Source: Tubiluchus corallicola (lineage: Eukaryota; Animalia; Priapulida). From it: a DNA stretch of 64,000 nucleotides. A model generated the notes under the pieces. That model searched no databases. It was not told where the DNA came from and was given only the letters and a program-made list of their open reading frames with translations. This document shows positions 23,201-48,500 of this stretch, in pieces. Made by a program: the position numbers and the translations under genes. Position 1 is the stretch's first letter, and each line of letters starts with the position of its first letter. The stretch is from positions 372,001 to 436,000 of the forward strand of contig JAQGDQ010000094.1 of assembly GCA_030141605.1 (NCBI GenBank), written 5' to 3'.

Positions 23201-26200
23201 TTATTGTTTAGCTACTGTCTTTAATTTTAACCGGGATTTTTAAATGTACCACAAAACAGCATAAACTGTACTTATCGTGAGTCTCTGTGCACACGTTGGC
23301 TAGCTAGCTTAACCTCGTCACTGTCGCTGTCGAGGCAGTAGATGGCACTACTATGCTTGCCTGAGAGATAATAATTACATAGATAAACAAAATAAGTATT
23401 TCGCTTAATAATGCAAAATTAAACTCATTGGCACTACTCCGCTTAATTTAGCAAACCTAATTGTAGAAATTTAATTAGTACGATAAAATGAGAGCACTAT
23501 TGTATAGGGCTGTCACATCTAACAATTTATGAAAAAAATGGAGTGTTTGCTTGGTCATTTCTGACATGCCTTGTATTTTATATTATCAAATTGGCATTTC
23601 TTTAATACAGCAAGAAGTCGAGCTGGCCAATCATCATGTTTTTTGCTGTTGCGTTTGGTGGACCTTGGCTAATATGGAAATTGCTCAAATCAGTGTGTGA
23701 TACAGATAACAAAGGTAAGCAACTTTGTTCAGAAACATACTTTTCTGAAGCTGAATAATGGCAAGCTGGTTAGTTACAGTTGTATGGCGTGTTTTATATC
23801 AATTACATTTTGGTACAAATTCAGTGAACTTTAGTTCCATCAATTAGGAAGTTGCACATATTAATAAAATTGCTGTATGAATGACAGTCAAACACCTGAA
23901 AGCAATGATTATTTAGGATTTGTAATAAGTACCATAGTTCAACTTCTTTGTGATATAATGTGGCAAAACAATTAATTTGGCGACATCTCAAAGAGGAGTG
24001 AGTATACCATAATTAAGCAATAGTAGTAGATGTTGTAAATGTTCTAAGAAGCATGCAACTCTTGTTTCATATTTTGTTACGCACATTTTCTGCAGATTTA
24101 AAATTGAAACAACTTTTTTAATTTAAACATAATTTTATTGGTTAAGTTTTTTTTAAAGATAAAGGCTGGGAATCTGGTAAAGGTGATCATTTTGTTGCAC
24201 GTGCAGAGTACAATTTCTTGTCTGCTCAAGAAGACGAAGTTGCATTTAGAGCTGGACAGTATTTGAATGTTGCACCAAAAGGTTTGTGCAAGTTTTCATT
24301 TTTGTGTGACAGTTCTGTGAATTTTATTTAGCTAGCTAAAGATGTGGTGTTTTACCAATTGCCTAATTTTTGTGAAAATGTGAGAACTATAATTTGTCTT
24401 CACCCTTTGTTTCATTTATATAGCAGTTAGATGGTCAAGTTGCATTTTAGATTTAATGAGTAAAGATTATTTAAACAAATCTCCTATTGATCTCTCCTTG
24501 ATCTCCTATTTTGATCATATGAATGAAATTTACATTATCTGTAGTAAACTGATTTCCAGATACATTGTATCAGAAAATGTTGTAAAAACAAACCTTGTTA
24601 TACCGCCCATCATTATAATGCCAACTTTTGGCTTTTCCAGATTTCCATAATATATCATATAGGGAATACCGCCAACGTCGCTTTTGCCATCTGTCACCGT
24701 ATCTGCTGTGCAGGAGTGTATTCTACATAATAAATCTACCCCGTTATAATGTCAGCCAAAATAAAGCATAGTGAATTGCTGCCGGAAAACAGCCGTTGCT
24801 TTGTGAAAACAGTGATCTCTGATAAAAAAACTGTTTCGGTGTTTAGATTAAAATTTAGCTAGGTTTCATAACAAGTTACTGTACAAAAGTGAATGTTGAG
24901 GTTTTGAACAAGGAACATGCATTTTAAGAATGCAAGAGTTCTAAAGTTCAGTGCTGAACTGATGTAAATTTAACACCCGTTAAAGCTGCTCAATTTATGT
25001 GTCACAGTTACTTTAGAGCCTTAATTGTCAAGTAATGTTATGTTGGACGCATGGACAGCTTGGTTGCATATTTCTCTTATCAGCAGTTGGCCAATTACCA
25101 GTCTATTTCACAAGATTGCTTCTGCATGTTGTGTTACGTAAGTTTTGCAAGGTGCCACTGTAGAATTACACCTGTTTTGTTAATGTTTCAAAAACATGCA
25201 GTATAACACATGTATTGTTGTAGGTATAATAATACTATTTATCACATACAAAGTTAACAAGGAAATAAAATCGAGGCTGCACAGTAGAATGTCTTTAATG
25301 TTTAATGAACATTGTCTTATTGTCAACCCTGCTATAACACCACATTTAGTAGTGCCCCAGACCTGGCATTATAATAATGTTTAATTGTATTTCAAATATC
25401 CATTTTTCCTGATGTTTATCCCAGACTTTTCTTTGCTCATAGAATTGCAGCCCAGGGTACGAGGATGGCTTCTTGCCAGTGCAGATGGCCAAAAGACTGG
25501 TCTTATTCCAGCAAACTACGTTAAAGTTTTGGGAAAACGGAAAGGTCGAGCAAATACATCTTCTCCAACGCAGGTAATGATGGCCACAAGTGGCTCTATT
25601 AGTAGTTATAATTATCTTTTTTCAATAGTTTATAATTCCAGCTAGGGTAAGATTCTGAACTGGGGATTGTACATGATAAAACTATTTGAATTAACTAACT
25701 CTAAAATGTATTTTCAACAAACCGTTATTATTAAATAGATACTTTCTCTGTTGCTTTAGTGTGAAAATAATATGCAAAGATTGTGAGAAAGTAGATTACA
25801 ACTAACTACTAAACAGTGGCAAATGTTGCACACGTTAAGTGTTTTGTCATTGCTGTTAATATTATTATTATTAGGACTTCGTTCTTCTGTTTGTTTTTTT
25901 CCTTTATACACTGTTGTGCAATAAAGAGTATGTTCGTTTGCGTAAGCCCAACAACAACTTTTTTTCGAAAACGAATCATTTGATTTACAGGGGTGGTCAT
26001 ATAACCTTTGTGACATTGAACAGTCTTTTTGCTGACACTTGCCTTGCCAACATTCAGTAAATACATATATTTTCTTGAGATGTGCAGGTATATTCTTACG
26101 AAAAGTTCCTGCATTTTCCACAAGCTAGATAACAGCAAACTTAGCATCTGTATTTAAGCCTTAGCAACTGCAAAAAAGAAGTCCCAAGTTCCAGAGCTAC

Positions 26201-26871
26201 TACTACATTTGCAAATGTGCATCATTTATTTTCTACTAATGGAGAAATAAAATTACTGTTTACTGTAAACATTGAGTGAGAAACGGACAGTGACCTCCCC
26301 ATTTAATATCTGTTGACATGTCGATGCGGTGGCACTATTTATCGCTCTCCCAAATTTTGTTTTTGGGAGAAGTGGTGATAAAAATGCAAAGAAGTAGTGA
26401 AGGCATGAACATAGCCATAACTGAAAATAAAACAATATATTACATTCACTGATGTACAATCAGTATAGTGATATTTGTGCTTTAATGCTTGTGTTATGTC
26501 GTCAGGTAGGCAAGGCGCATATGAGGAATCCATGACTAATGGTAATGCTGGGTTGGATCAAGTGCAGGTACAGGAGATACAAATAGGCCGACGATGTGTA
26601 TACCATGCTCATGTTAAAAATTATGATTCTCCTTTAGGCACTACTCAATGGTATTTTCTTGCAGGCTCAGCCATCAGCTTTGCAGCTGCAGCAGCCGGTT
26701 GCAAGTATCCAAAGCCCCAGTCAAGTGAACCTAGATGAATATTTTGAGAACCCATCACCAGAAAGCGACAGACCAGGAACCATGCAAGCAAGCAACACGA
26801 TCGCAGAGCTTACAGATACCCAAAGTAAAAACACTGAACTGAATGTGCTGGCAGCCGACATGCTTAAATGA
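14299..26871 (+). CDS. PEX13: peroxisomal membrane protein PEX13 (9 coding exons)
   Basis: Exons 14299-14381, 17646-17840, 18140-18262, 19342-19470, 22179-22361, 23611-23714, 24159-24281, 25443-25573, 26665-26871. Motifs KPWE, PPPLPTRP, YG-rich region, AFQSIESIVRAVGSVSMMLEST, TM segment SWPIIMFFAVAFGGPWLIWKLL, and SH3 domain (ARAEYNF...GLIPANYV). Confidence 0.95.
14854..17120 (-). mobile_element. 5'-truncated CR1-like LINE in PEX13 intron 1
   Basis: Uninterrupted RT frame (ORF 14993-17182), (ACT)n tail at 14851-14870, 13-bp TSD ATA(G/C)TTTCATGTA at 14841-14853 and 17121-17133. Confidence 0.9.
14993..17120 (-). CDS. CR1-type reverse transcriptase (C-terminal ~700 aa of ORF2, no APE)
   Basis: NPKAFWQY, NYRPVSL, QHGFVKGR, LDLKKAFD, GVAQGSVLGP, FADDSK, EKDLG, RRLRGQLI. 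Confidence 0.85.
19711..19901. repeat. degenerate ~30-bp minisatellite (about 6 units)
   Basis: repeated TAGTAACCAAATTTTCTAAAGTTTT(G)GC. Confidence 0.75.
20420..22042 (+). mobile_element. degenerate L2/Crack-like LINE 3' portion in PEX13 intron 4
   Basis: DLSKAFDTIDH, GVPQGSVLGPLLF, FTDDT. 3' stem-loop TATTGGGGCTG...CAGCCCCAATA (21881-21926) and aataaaataaactaaac tail. Confidence 0.85.
22535..22580 (-). ncRNA. minimal type I hammerhead ribozyme motif
   Basis: Minus strand: CUGAUGA-a-GUCC-gaga-GGAC-GAAA-GCUU, with palindromic AGCU in the stem III position. Confidence 0.65.
22728..22776 (+). ncRNA. minimal hammerhead ribozyme motif (second, slightly mutated copy)
   Basis: CUGAUGA(22740-22746)-a-GUCC-aaga-GGAC-GAAA(22760-22763)-acuu-cug. 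Confidence 0.55.
24585..25390. mobile_element. degenerate Tc1/mariner(pogo)-like MITE
   Basis: Imperfect termini accttgttataccgcc / ggcattataataatgt, with internal gttataat repeats. Confidence 0.4.
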
Positions 26872-27990
26872 AGTGAAATACTTATAAACACAAAGTAATG
26901 ATTACTAAATTAATGATGGTTACACACAAGAAATGAACAGTACAAAAAATACGCAGAATTAATTGTAGTTTACTATTGATCATTGTAGTATCTTCGAAGT
27001 GATTTCCTGCAACTTTCCATAATCATGCAAAAATAGAAAATGTTACAGAGCATTTTTAACAATTTTGGAAAACAAAAATTTGGGTTTGGATGTCTTTCCT
27101 CTCTAGTTTAAAGTTTTAGTAATCTGTGCGAGCTATTGGGTAATGCATGTGTCATTTTATGTAGAATGAATTTGTACAAAATGTAAATAATGATTGCAAA
27201 AATCTATTCACTGTGGCTCATTTGTTATAAATTTTATTAAAACACAATGTTTCTTAAGTTAATAATAATAATGATTGTTTTTCGATGCTTTCAAAACTGG
27301 CTAAGAACTTGTAGCAATGGCTGGGTTATATAACATGTCCAAAGCATTGCAAAAACATACCAAAAGCACGATTTTGTATTTGTGCTTTGTTACTCATCAA
27401 TACCTTAAATTTGTTTATCTTGATTTGTTTACTAACACGTTTACAGTGAAAATACAAAATAACAGTAAGTAGATATCAGCAGTTATGTATTTATCAAAGG
27501 CGGAAAAATCACTAGATTTACACACAATCTTATGAAAGGATACTAATTGTCATCTCATAAACAAAAACAAAATTCATTTTACTTTAATATTATTCAATGT
27601 TGTATTTAACTTTAATCACACTTAGGTAAGAGTGCTGCTGTGCACACAATAAACATTATGAAACTATTACATATATTGTAATTGTATCACACATAATTTA
27701 ACATCACATACATGCTATAACATTAATTAATTTGCATTTGCAACAATGAAAATGTTTTGCAGCAACGAAACAAATGACACCATTTATACTTAAAATGACA
27801 ATTTATGACTAACATTCTTGGGCAATTACTGCGTACCTTCAAGAAAGTGTATTAGATGACTATGTACAGAAAAAATCAATTTTGTTATCTATACTACAAG
27901 TAGTTAAGTAGTACCTTTACACAGTACCCTAGATTGTTTGCTAGCATCCACCTGAGCCTGATCATAAAGCATAGCTAATCGAAATTAAAC

Positions 27991-28509
27991 GAGGGTTGGC
28001 CTTACGGGTGCGGAACCGTCCAGTTGCATAGCACTCACAGCTTTTGGGGGTTTGAAAAGAAGACTGATCTTTGCAAATATTTTTTTGCTTATGCACCTGC
28101 AATTTGTTTATATAACTGTTCGTGTTTATTTTATGTTTCATGTTTTAGTACATTCCTATTACAGAGGCTGAAAATTGTAAATTATTGATTAAATTGCTCT
28201 TTTTTGCTATTTTTACAAACTTCATTTGTGTATTTACTTTTGCTGAATATTAAGATTAAATTTAAATGTTCTATTACTAATTAAAAATCCTAAGGCCTCT
28301 TTTGATATAATTTATAGTAAGAGGTATAAATAATCTATTAGAATAAGCTATTACAGGTGCTTTTGTACAGTAAAATTTTTATGCGTTTGTTAACGATTTA
28401 CTAAAGTGGAATGACAACCACTGAAAACAATATAACTTTTGCCATAGGGTAGTCATGGCCCGCACAAGCTGTTTTGTACGGGGCCCGAAATATCTTAAGG
28501 CCGGCACTG
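27991..28509. mobile_element. hAT-like MITE related to the 4475 element
   Basis: GAGGGTTGGCCTTA ... TAAGGCCGGCACTG termini. Confidence 0.5.
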
Positions 28510-29370
28510 ACTAAGCACTGTTTATATTGACGACGTAGAAAACATATCCTGTCAAGAACTCCTACAATCCAGGAAATAACTTGTAATAAATAAATAAACA
28601 GACATGATGTTTTAGCACATCACTGCGAACTATATTTACTTAGACAAAAAAGAATGAAGTAGTGCAATAATCACTATATATGAATCTTTTTGGCATTTAG
28701 AATTATAAAATAATCATTAGTGAAGCACAAGAAAACTCAAAAGAAAGAGCACAAAAAGCATGAAATATTGCTAATAACAAGAAACATCATGGTAGCAGGA
28801 ACATCAGCTAAGATGCAATGAATACTACAATTTAGTATCTTTTGTGCTTTGAACATGTTTTTCAGCTGTGGATAGAAATGTGGTGTACTTTCATTTCTTT
28901 GGTGCAGTTTTATAAATTTGCCATTTTCTGTTCCTATTTTCCCAAGTACAGAAAGGTAACATACATTTGCACATGATTAACTTTTTCTCGAGGGGTGTTT
29001 CTCTCACTTTATAATAAAGTCCTAATAAGGAAAAAACAACGTAGAAGTAGTAATAACTAAAAAAGTCTGTTCTTAGTATGTTCTTACTCTCTGAAAGTGA
29101 TACAGCAAACAGATGCACAAGTGATGTACAAGTGTATAACTATTCTCATCTGCTACATAACAAAAAACATACTTCCTGCCATGAACCTTGTCAAGTGATG
29201 TAAGATCCTGTTAGGTATCAGGCATGTAAGTTTATATAACTTGTGCCAGCCCCGCCTGTAAAACATCTTTCTGCATAATTGCATACACCTGCTTGCATAA
29301 TTATAGTCTCGGGTGTTGTCAGTTGACCAACTGCACAGTTTCCTCCAAGTTAAGTGTATATTGTCCGGTG

Positions 29371-40293
<10,923 letters not shown>

Positions 40294-40544
40294 CATTATT
40301 CCATACAACATTACTGCCATCTGGTGTAGGAAATTTGGAGATAGAATGAGTCACTAAATCTACTGTAGAATGCACACTGTACAGATGTGACTTACGTGAT
40401 GTGTGACTGAACGTGCAGTAATTAAATTTTAGAGTTAACGGTTAACTTTATATCTTTGTAAAGGTGTAAGAAGTGGTACCAGAGCTAACGTCTTTTTTGC
40501 AGCCCTATGTTTACTTTTTATTTTAATGACATCACGCTGTAATT

Positions 40545-41338
40545 ATCTGATGGCTGCGAAGAATCTGACATTTGGGTTCTCGGTATTTGGCAATATTATG
40601 GCATTAGGGGAATTAAATGAGGTAGGTCTGAATAAAATTTATGGTAAACATTTGGGTGAAAGAGCATGGAATGTGCATATAGAGAAAACTATAGCTGAAT
40701 TATAGCGGGATTAAAAATGTAGAATGAAAAGTTAAGTAAATGTTCGACAGTAGAAAGATATAGAGATTGCAAAAGTTGTATATAATTTGAACCCTGGATG
40801 AACGATATATGGGGTGCAGAATTGCTTGTCAAAGCTAGGGTTGGTGCATTAGAAGTATTGGGAAATCTTTTGTATGCTTGGAAAGTAGATTACCGCATAG
40901 AAAAAAGGCTTTGTAAATGTGGTAAAAATATTGAAACTGCAGAACACATAATATTAAGTTGCGAATTTTACACACAGTTGAGAATCAAAGTCCCTTGGCA
41001 AGGAGCAGCTGACGAAAAATGCTTGAGATGGCTGTTATTTGGAGAGGGAAAAATTTATGCAGTCTGCCTACTGAAGGACATAATGGTCAAAAGAAGAAGC
41101 ATTGCGAATGTTTAACTTTAAAGCTGAAAAGATAAAGAGGAATATATATTTAGCTCTGCGTAATGGCGGTATAACATTTATAAATCCAAATTTTGTTTTG
41201 TGGTGCTGTAGCATTGGTGCAAGCATATGTGTGCGCCTTACGTTTTTGAGTAGAAAATTAGCCTAGTAGTACAACAATCGTTGCTACTCGCCCTGATATA
41301 TAAAAGGGATTTAGGCACCGGATGGATGGATGGATGGA
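40545..41338 (+). mobile_element. 3' fragment of an RTEX-like LINE
   Basis: C-terminal CCHC finger RLCKCGKNIETAEHIILSC and (GGAT)n tail. Confidence 0.7.
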
Positions 41339-42029
41339 CTGAATTTGAATACAATAAATATTACAGATACATATACTACAGCGCACATACGAAGTAGAGA
41401 AATACACAAATAACACCAAAGCTTATGATTTACGTCTACTGTACGTAATTACAATTCTGGTCCACTGTTAGGTCAAACGCTTTTAAATTTCACTGTTGTT
41501 TCGTTGTTTCCGCAGTGACCATTCTGTCTGGTTAGATAGGCACAAATGAATGTCACCATGCGAGACACAAGTAACGTGTCTTTACTTAATCAACTTTAAC
41601 TCTTTTATTTTGGCTAAATTTCCAGTTTGTCACCTCTTCTCTTTCATTCTTCCATTTACTATATATTTGTGGATTTTTTTACTCAATCAAATGTTCAATA
41701 TTTATTTCTGCGATCTCCACAGAGGAAGAAATCAGATTATATGGCAGCAAACTTTGATCATAATTCTTTTATAACTCATTCATTATTATTCTATTCTTTA
41801 TGAACTTTTATTCAAATAGCTGAAACAAATACTACTCAAGTCAATTTTTCATTGAGTAGTAAATTGAATTGAATTGAATTGGTTGGTAATACATTTTTTT
41901 ATTACTGTACATTTGAATAGCTGCTCTGCTCTGTCGTGTCTTCTTTACTACATAGCAGACACCATAAATCTTCTTTAAACTTACTCTTATAATTACATTT
42001 TATTCATAGCATATTGAGCTTTATTTCTA

Positions 42030-42960
42030 ATATAATTTTTGTGTTCTGGCCTCAATTTAGTGACTTTATCATGCTCATAGGTTAAGAACCTTAACTTAGT
42101 TTTTGAGCGTATCTTGTGATGTGCACTGACTTTAATGAATTTTCTTATATTCCCTTTAGCATGCTTCTTCCTGACTTCTTAAGTGTCTTTGTAGACCCAA
42201 ACTGAATAACTATATCATACTTCTTACTTAGACTTCTAACTTCTTTTATCTAACTTCCTTCTATTTTTTGTCCCACATACTTTCCATCATCTTTGGACTC
42301 TCTTGAATTTATTAGATTATGTAAGAACATCAATCTTTTGTGATCGATTCTCTGTTCAATTAGCCACACGCTTGCTTCTATTGCCATACCCCAATAACTG
42401 ACTGACACCTGTGATAATAGATTTGTAACATTTCCTTCTGAATTTTTTCTATCCTGCCCATTTCTATTTTCATTACTATATGTTGCTCGTTTATATATTG
42501 CTGTATCAGAGTATTGCACAATATGTGAAGGTAGATTATTCCACTGGATGAATGAACATGGTGCAAATGAATATTTGAAACAATCTTTTTTGAACTGGTA
42601 GCATTGAAGTTTACGCTGATGCAAATTATGGTTTTTCCTGGTAGCTTTGGTAAATAATATATTGCTATTAATATTTACATAGCAGTCAATGAACCATGCA
42701 CAAATGTTGTAGTGCGATTTTAATTAAGCTCCATTTAAGCCATTCTGTTGAGTAGCCAGTTAATTCAATAATATTTTCGACACATATAGGTTACAAGACT
42801 AGTGAGCAAATAGTCGTCATTGTTCTTAACTGCGTTATTTATTTTTGACTATAGTTTCCACAATCCATAACTATAATCTGTCAAAGGGGATTTGTCAATG
42901 TTGCTAATACTGATACCTCTACTTTTTAAAGGAGACGTAAATACTAAAAAATTTCAGAGA
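42030..42960 (-). mobile_element. mosaic of degenerate LINE fragments (RTEX-like plus CR1-like)
   Basis: FKYSF..WNNLP motif joined to a segment similar to the 44100-44330 copy. Confidence 0.5.
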
Positions 42961-43292
42961 TGCCATCAGTGGAGGACATATCTAGCTAAACTATGCTGCT
43001 CCCAAAAAGCCAGTGAGGATCAATGAATTTTTCAGGATGATTCTGCCAATACTTATCTAAGCGAGCTTTGAATTTGGTTATACTGGTTGGCTCGTGGTTC
43101 CAGGAGCATATGGTTTCAGGAACATTTTTTTCTTTTGTTCCAACTTCTGCGGAGTCTCATTTTATGCAGTTTCAATGAATGTCTTCAATGGTCTTTTTGT
43201 GTCATGTATTTTTATATGCATGTCTAAAAGTGGTCTGTCTATCCCAGTTAGTGTTCTGTATATTTGTATCATGTTGTCTATTTCTAATGGCC

Positions 43293-44990
43293 TTCCATCC
43301 ATCCATCTGGTGCCTCAATCCCTTTTATAACGGGAGAGTAACAACATATATTGTACTTTTAGGCTGCTTTCTACTCAAAAACGCTAAGGCACACACACAT
43401 GCTTGCACAAATGCTACAACACAGCAAAACAAAATTTGGGTTTATAAATGCTATATCACTGTTATGCAGAGCTAAATATATATTCTCTTTATCCTTTCAG
43501 CTTTAAAGTTAAATATTTACGATGCTTCTTCTTTTGACATTATGTCCTTCAATAGGCAGACTGCATGATTTTTTTCCCTCTCCAAATAACAGCTATCTCA
43601 AGCATTCTTCATCAGTTACTCCTTGCCATGGGACTTTGTTTCTTACCTGTGTGTAAAATTCACAACTTAATATTATGTGCTCTGCAGTTTCAACATCTTT
43701 ACCATATTTACAGAGTCTTTTTTCTATGCAGTAATCTACTTTCTAAGCATACAGGGGATTTCCCAACACTTCAAATGCATCGACTTTGGCTTTGACAAGC
43801 AATTCTGCTCACCATGTATCATTCGTCAAGGGTTCAAATAATGTACAACTTTTGCAACCTCTATATTTTTCTACTGTTGAACATTTACTTTGTTTTTTGT
43901 TCCACATTTTTAATCCCGTTTTAGCTATAACTTTCTCTATATGCACATCCCATGCTTTTTCACCCAATTGTTTATCACAAATTTTATTCAGACCTACCTC
44001 ATTTAATTACCCCACTGCCATAATATTGCCAAACACCGAGAGCTCAAATCTATTTCCCAAATGCCTGATTCTTTGCAGCCATTTTGGTCAAAGTCTGTGT
44101 GTCACTACCCTTATTACCATTTTTTCAGTAACCGAACTTCACTTATAATTATAATTCTTTTAAAAAATTTTAGGTGAGTCTTTGTTTCTCGTTTTTCAAA
44201 AGATGAAAACCCAGCTTCACTTCTGATAGCAGCGCCACTGCATCCTTTTGCTTTCTAGAGCCATCTTACAAATTCTTCTTGTATGCTATTACATCAATCG
44301 ATTTCTTTTTGGCTGTACGTTCTGTCTACACAACCAAACATTATTTTTGGGCCTACATTTGCTTTCCAGCCTGTTCTCCCTATTTCTAATCTTGCTTCTG
44401 ATTGCATTGCCACAAATTTTACAGCACCTATGGTTCTTCTAATATCTGGTATTCTTTCTTTCCAGCTATGTTCATCTTCTATGGTTCTTATAATTACCCC
44501 GAGGTATTTTTCTCTTTCTGTTGCATGTATACTGTATAGGTACATCTCCTATGATCTTAAAAACTTTATTAGCATTACCTCCACAAAGGAGAATTGATGC
44601 ACTTGGTCACACTGAATTTCATGCCAAATTCTTTTACAAGATCATTAGCAATCTTCAACAACACCAACATATCACCTTCAAATTCTGTAATTAGCGTTGT
44701 GTCGTTAGCAATTTAAGCATGGGATCACCCTGTTTTACACCTGACTATACTTTAGATTATCCGTTCTGATGTTTCTCCAAACAAATTTGACATTAAAACC
44801 ATGGTATCATGATTTCCAAAATTCGAAAAAGGATTGCTCTGTACTTAAATGTGTCAATACTTGCCACAGCTTTTTTCTACATCTAACATCACCACCCACT
44901 TTAAAGACCAGCCCTAACTTCTTGATTGTGGATATTCTTTTTCTCATATGCTTGGAAGTAATGTAGTAGGTTTCCTTTGAGTTCTCTCTG
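43293..44990 (-). mobile_element. second, longer degenerate copy of the RTEX-like LINE (inverted relative to 40545-41338)
   Basis: Reverse-complement similarity across the 3' region, (ATCC)n tail at 43295-43307, EKYLGV motif. Confidence 0.7.
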
Positions 44991-45587
44991 CAAGCCTTGT
45001 CTGATCATACCTTGTCAGATGCTGTTATTACACCTGCATAGTTAGCAATGGGTCTTACCATAGATTTGTACAACTTCATCATTGTTACATGGGTGCTACC
45101 AAATACCTTCCCCTTTATGAGCATTAACTTTTGATGTGCTTTATTTGTGATATACATGATTTGTTACTTAATATCAAGGTTACTATCAGTGATAATATTA
45201 AGATCCCTTTTGGTGTGTACTTATTATTATTGCTTCTTATTGCAGCTCATTGTGCACTTCGTGTCAATATTTGATCAGCTCACAGTTAAAACCGTACATT
45301 TATCATAGTTAAGAGCATTAACGGGTTATCATGGTTTCAGCTATTCATTTCTTAATTTTATTTTTATTGTAGGTTTGTGGTGTGTCTTGGTATTATGTGA
45401 TGGATCTTTTGCAGAGGCAACAAAACAACATTAGCCAATTTCGTGTTTTCTACTTGGCTCAGTTGGCTGTGACTGTGTTAAAAATTTGAATCTAAACTTG
45501 GCAGTTTCTAAGTTTTATACTCCAGTTAAGTGAGTGTGGTATTAAATTTAGTGATTTTTTATTGGACTGGACAGATTCTGTTCTTAC

Positions 45588-48500
45588 ATGGCAAAATTAC
45601 TAATGGTGCGAAGGTTGGGTGCGCCAACCGCCATTCCATCTGTGGTGCAAGAGATACGAGTGACTTGTCTAGGAACTAGCAGACCGCTGCAACAACATTC
45701 GCCAAGTAACAAGGACATTGACAGATTGGCAATAAATAGTCCTTTAAGTTCTTGTTACAGTATTAGAAATTATTATTGCTTGTCAGCACAGCAGTATGTT
45801 TTTAAAAATGCAACTCATTGTCGTTTTTATGGATTGAAGTTTGAAAGCCGCTTAATGAGCTCAGCTGCCAGATTCGGATTATTAGTCTCACGGTTGCTAA
45901 GGCTGAGGTACCTATTACTTGGTTCAGCAATTGGAGGTGGAGTGGCATTAGGAAATACATACGAGGCTTGGAAAGAAAGACTTCCTGACATGAGCTGGAT
46001 GAAAGAACATTTGCCTAACAGCAATGATTACAATAAGTTTGTCAACTGGATGAAAGAGCTAATGCCTAGTAAAGAATATTACGAAAAGCTTAGTGACTGG
46101 TTCACGCAGAAGAAAGGTAGTATTCAAATACCAGATGGAAGTGAATATATACGTGTAGGAAGAGAGAAACTGTCAGAATGGAGAGATAACTCTGCCGAGT
46201 GGATAAGTTCTGCAGGTCATATCGTTAGTAATGTGGTACAAGGAGGTGATGCTGGTGCTTTTCCCGAAGAGTCCACAGTAACCACAAAGGCAGCACCATC
46301 TGTAATGTCTTTCAATCCGTTTCAGTCAAAGACGAAAGATGCCGATGATGACTATCATGTGCTAACAGACAAGGAGAAGTTAGAAGAACTGCAAAATGAA
46401 CTTATGCAAGTCCAACTTAAATATCAACGAGAAATTGAACGTTTAGAGAAAGAAAATAGAGAATTAAAGAAGCAGTTACTGATCAGAGCTGAGAAGCATT
46501 CTAGGGTGAAAAGAAAGTTTAAGAAGTCTCTGATTGACATGTACTCCGAAGTTCTAGATGAACTTTCCATATATGACTGCAGCTACAATACACAGGATCA
46601 TTTGCCAAGAGTTGTTGTTGTTGGTGATCAAAGTTCCGGAAAAACTAGTGTCCTGGAAATGATTGCCAGAGCACGTATTTTCCCACGAGGTTCTGGCGAG
46701 ATGATGACACGAGCGCCTGTAAAGGTAACTTTGAGCGAAGGTCCATATCATATTGCTACATTTAAGGATAGCACTCGTGAATTTGATCTGTCAAAAGAAT
46801 CAGATTTGGTTGAATTGCGAAAAGAAGTAGAATTACGTATGAGGAACAGTGTCCGGCAAGGGAAAACTGTGAGTAGCGAAACCATTTCCATGACTGTGAA
46901 AGGCCCTGGTCTGCAGAGGGTAGTTCTAGTTGATTTACCAGGCATTATTAGCACGCAGACAACAGAAATGGCTGATGATACTAGAGATTCTATCCATGGC
47001 ATTTGCAGGACTTATATGGAGAATCCAAATGCTATAATTCTTTGCATTCAGGATGGTTCAATAGATGCAGAACGAAGCAACGTTACGGATCTTGTGCGAG
47101 AAATGGATCCAAATGGAAAACGAACTATTTTTGTTCTAACTAAAGTTGATTTAGCTGAAGAGAACATGTTCAACCCAGACCGACTAAAGAAGATTCTAGA
47201 AGGAAAACTGTTTCCCATGAAAGCTTTAGGATATTTTGCTGTCGTGACCGGTCGTGGCAATGTGAATGATAGTATTGCAACAATACGTGATTATGAGGAA
47301 AATTTTTTCCGAAATTCCAAACTTTTTAAAGATATGAACTTTAAGGCTACACAGCTGACAACCCAAAATATGAGTATGGCAGTATCTGCGTGCTTTTGGA
47401 AAATGGTAAAAGAGTCAGTCGAACAGCAAGCTGATGCTTTCAAGGCAACACGTTTCAATTTGGAAACAGAATGGAAAAACAATTTTCCGCGAGTGCGAGA
47501 ACTTGATCGTGATGAGCTGTTTGAGAAGGCAAGGGGAGAGGTTCTAGACGAGATTATAAATCTAAGCCTAGTTACACCCAGAGAATGGGAAGAAGCTTTT
47601 TACAATCATCTCTGGCAGTCTGTCAATACCTACATGTTTGAAAACATTTACATACCCGCTGCACAAGCTGATAGTCCGGGAACTTTTAACACAATGGTTG
47701 ATATCCGATTGAAACAGTGGGCAGATCAGGTTTTGCCAAAACGATGCGTAGAAGTGGGGTGGGATACGCTAATGATGCAGTTTCGGGATCTCATTGATAA
47801 AGATTGTGAAAGTAAGGATCATGATGCTTTGTTTGATAAGTTAAAATTAGCCGTCATCGATGAAGCAGCCAGTCAACATCGTTGGGACAGGAAGGCTCCA
47901 GATTCTCTGCGTGTGATTCAACTGAATGCTTTAGAGGATCGGTCAGTGCCTGATAAGCAAACATGGGATCAGGCCATTACGTTCATGGAAAAATTTTTAA
48001 GGTTAGTATTTACTTTTTTTAATTGCATAACCAAACAGTAAACAAAGTAAAGGTCTTTTTTGTTCTAAATGTGTGTTGAATGCCTTTACTATAGTTTTCA
48101 GGTGGCATTATAAATATTGAATTAAGATACATTATAGAAAATTTCCATTGATTTGACATTGAAAATTGTCACCGAAAGGGGAAATGTGATAGACTAATGT
48201 TTATTCATTAAAGAGAGAAACTTGACCAGACTGAGTTGTTGACGAAGCAGTTAATGGGACCAAGTTTAAGAGAGCAGTGGATGTTCTGGAAATCCATATC
48301 AGATGAACAGAGAAAATGGCGTGCCACCATGTTTGAACTGAGCAAGATCATACAGGGTGAAGAAAAAGCGAGACCCATTCTAACACTAGAAGAACTGACA
48401 GCAACAAGAAAAAATCTGCAAGTGAGTTGGATCATAATTAGCACTGAATTAACTTTCAAACCTAGTTGAATTAAATAATGACTTGTATCTGAGAAAGATC

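Noticed and set aside
22970-23517. Solo LTR (TG...CA)
   Set aside because: Terminal inverted repeats and TSD are imperfect, so the evidence is insufficient.
45827-47482. Antisense ORFs over OPA1 (and over LINE ORF1)
   Set aside because: Shadow frames of real coding sequence with no recognisable motifs.
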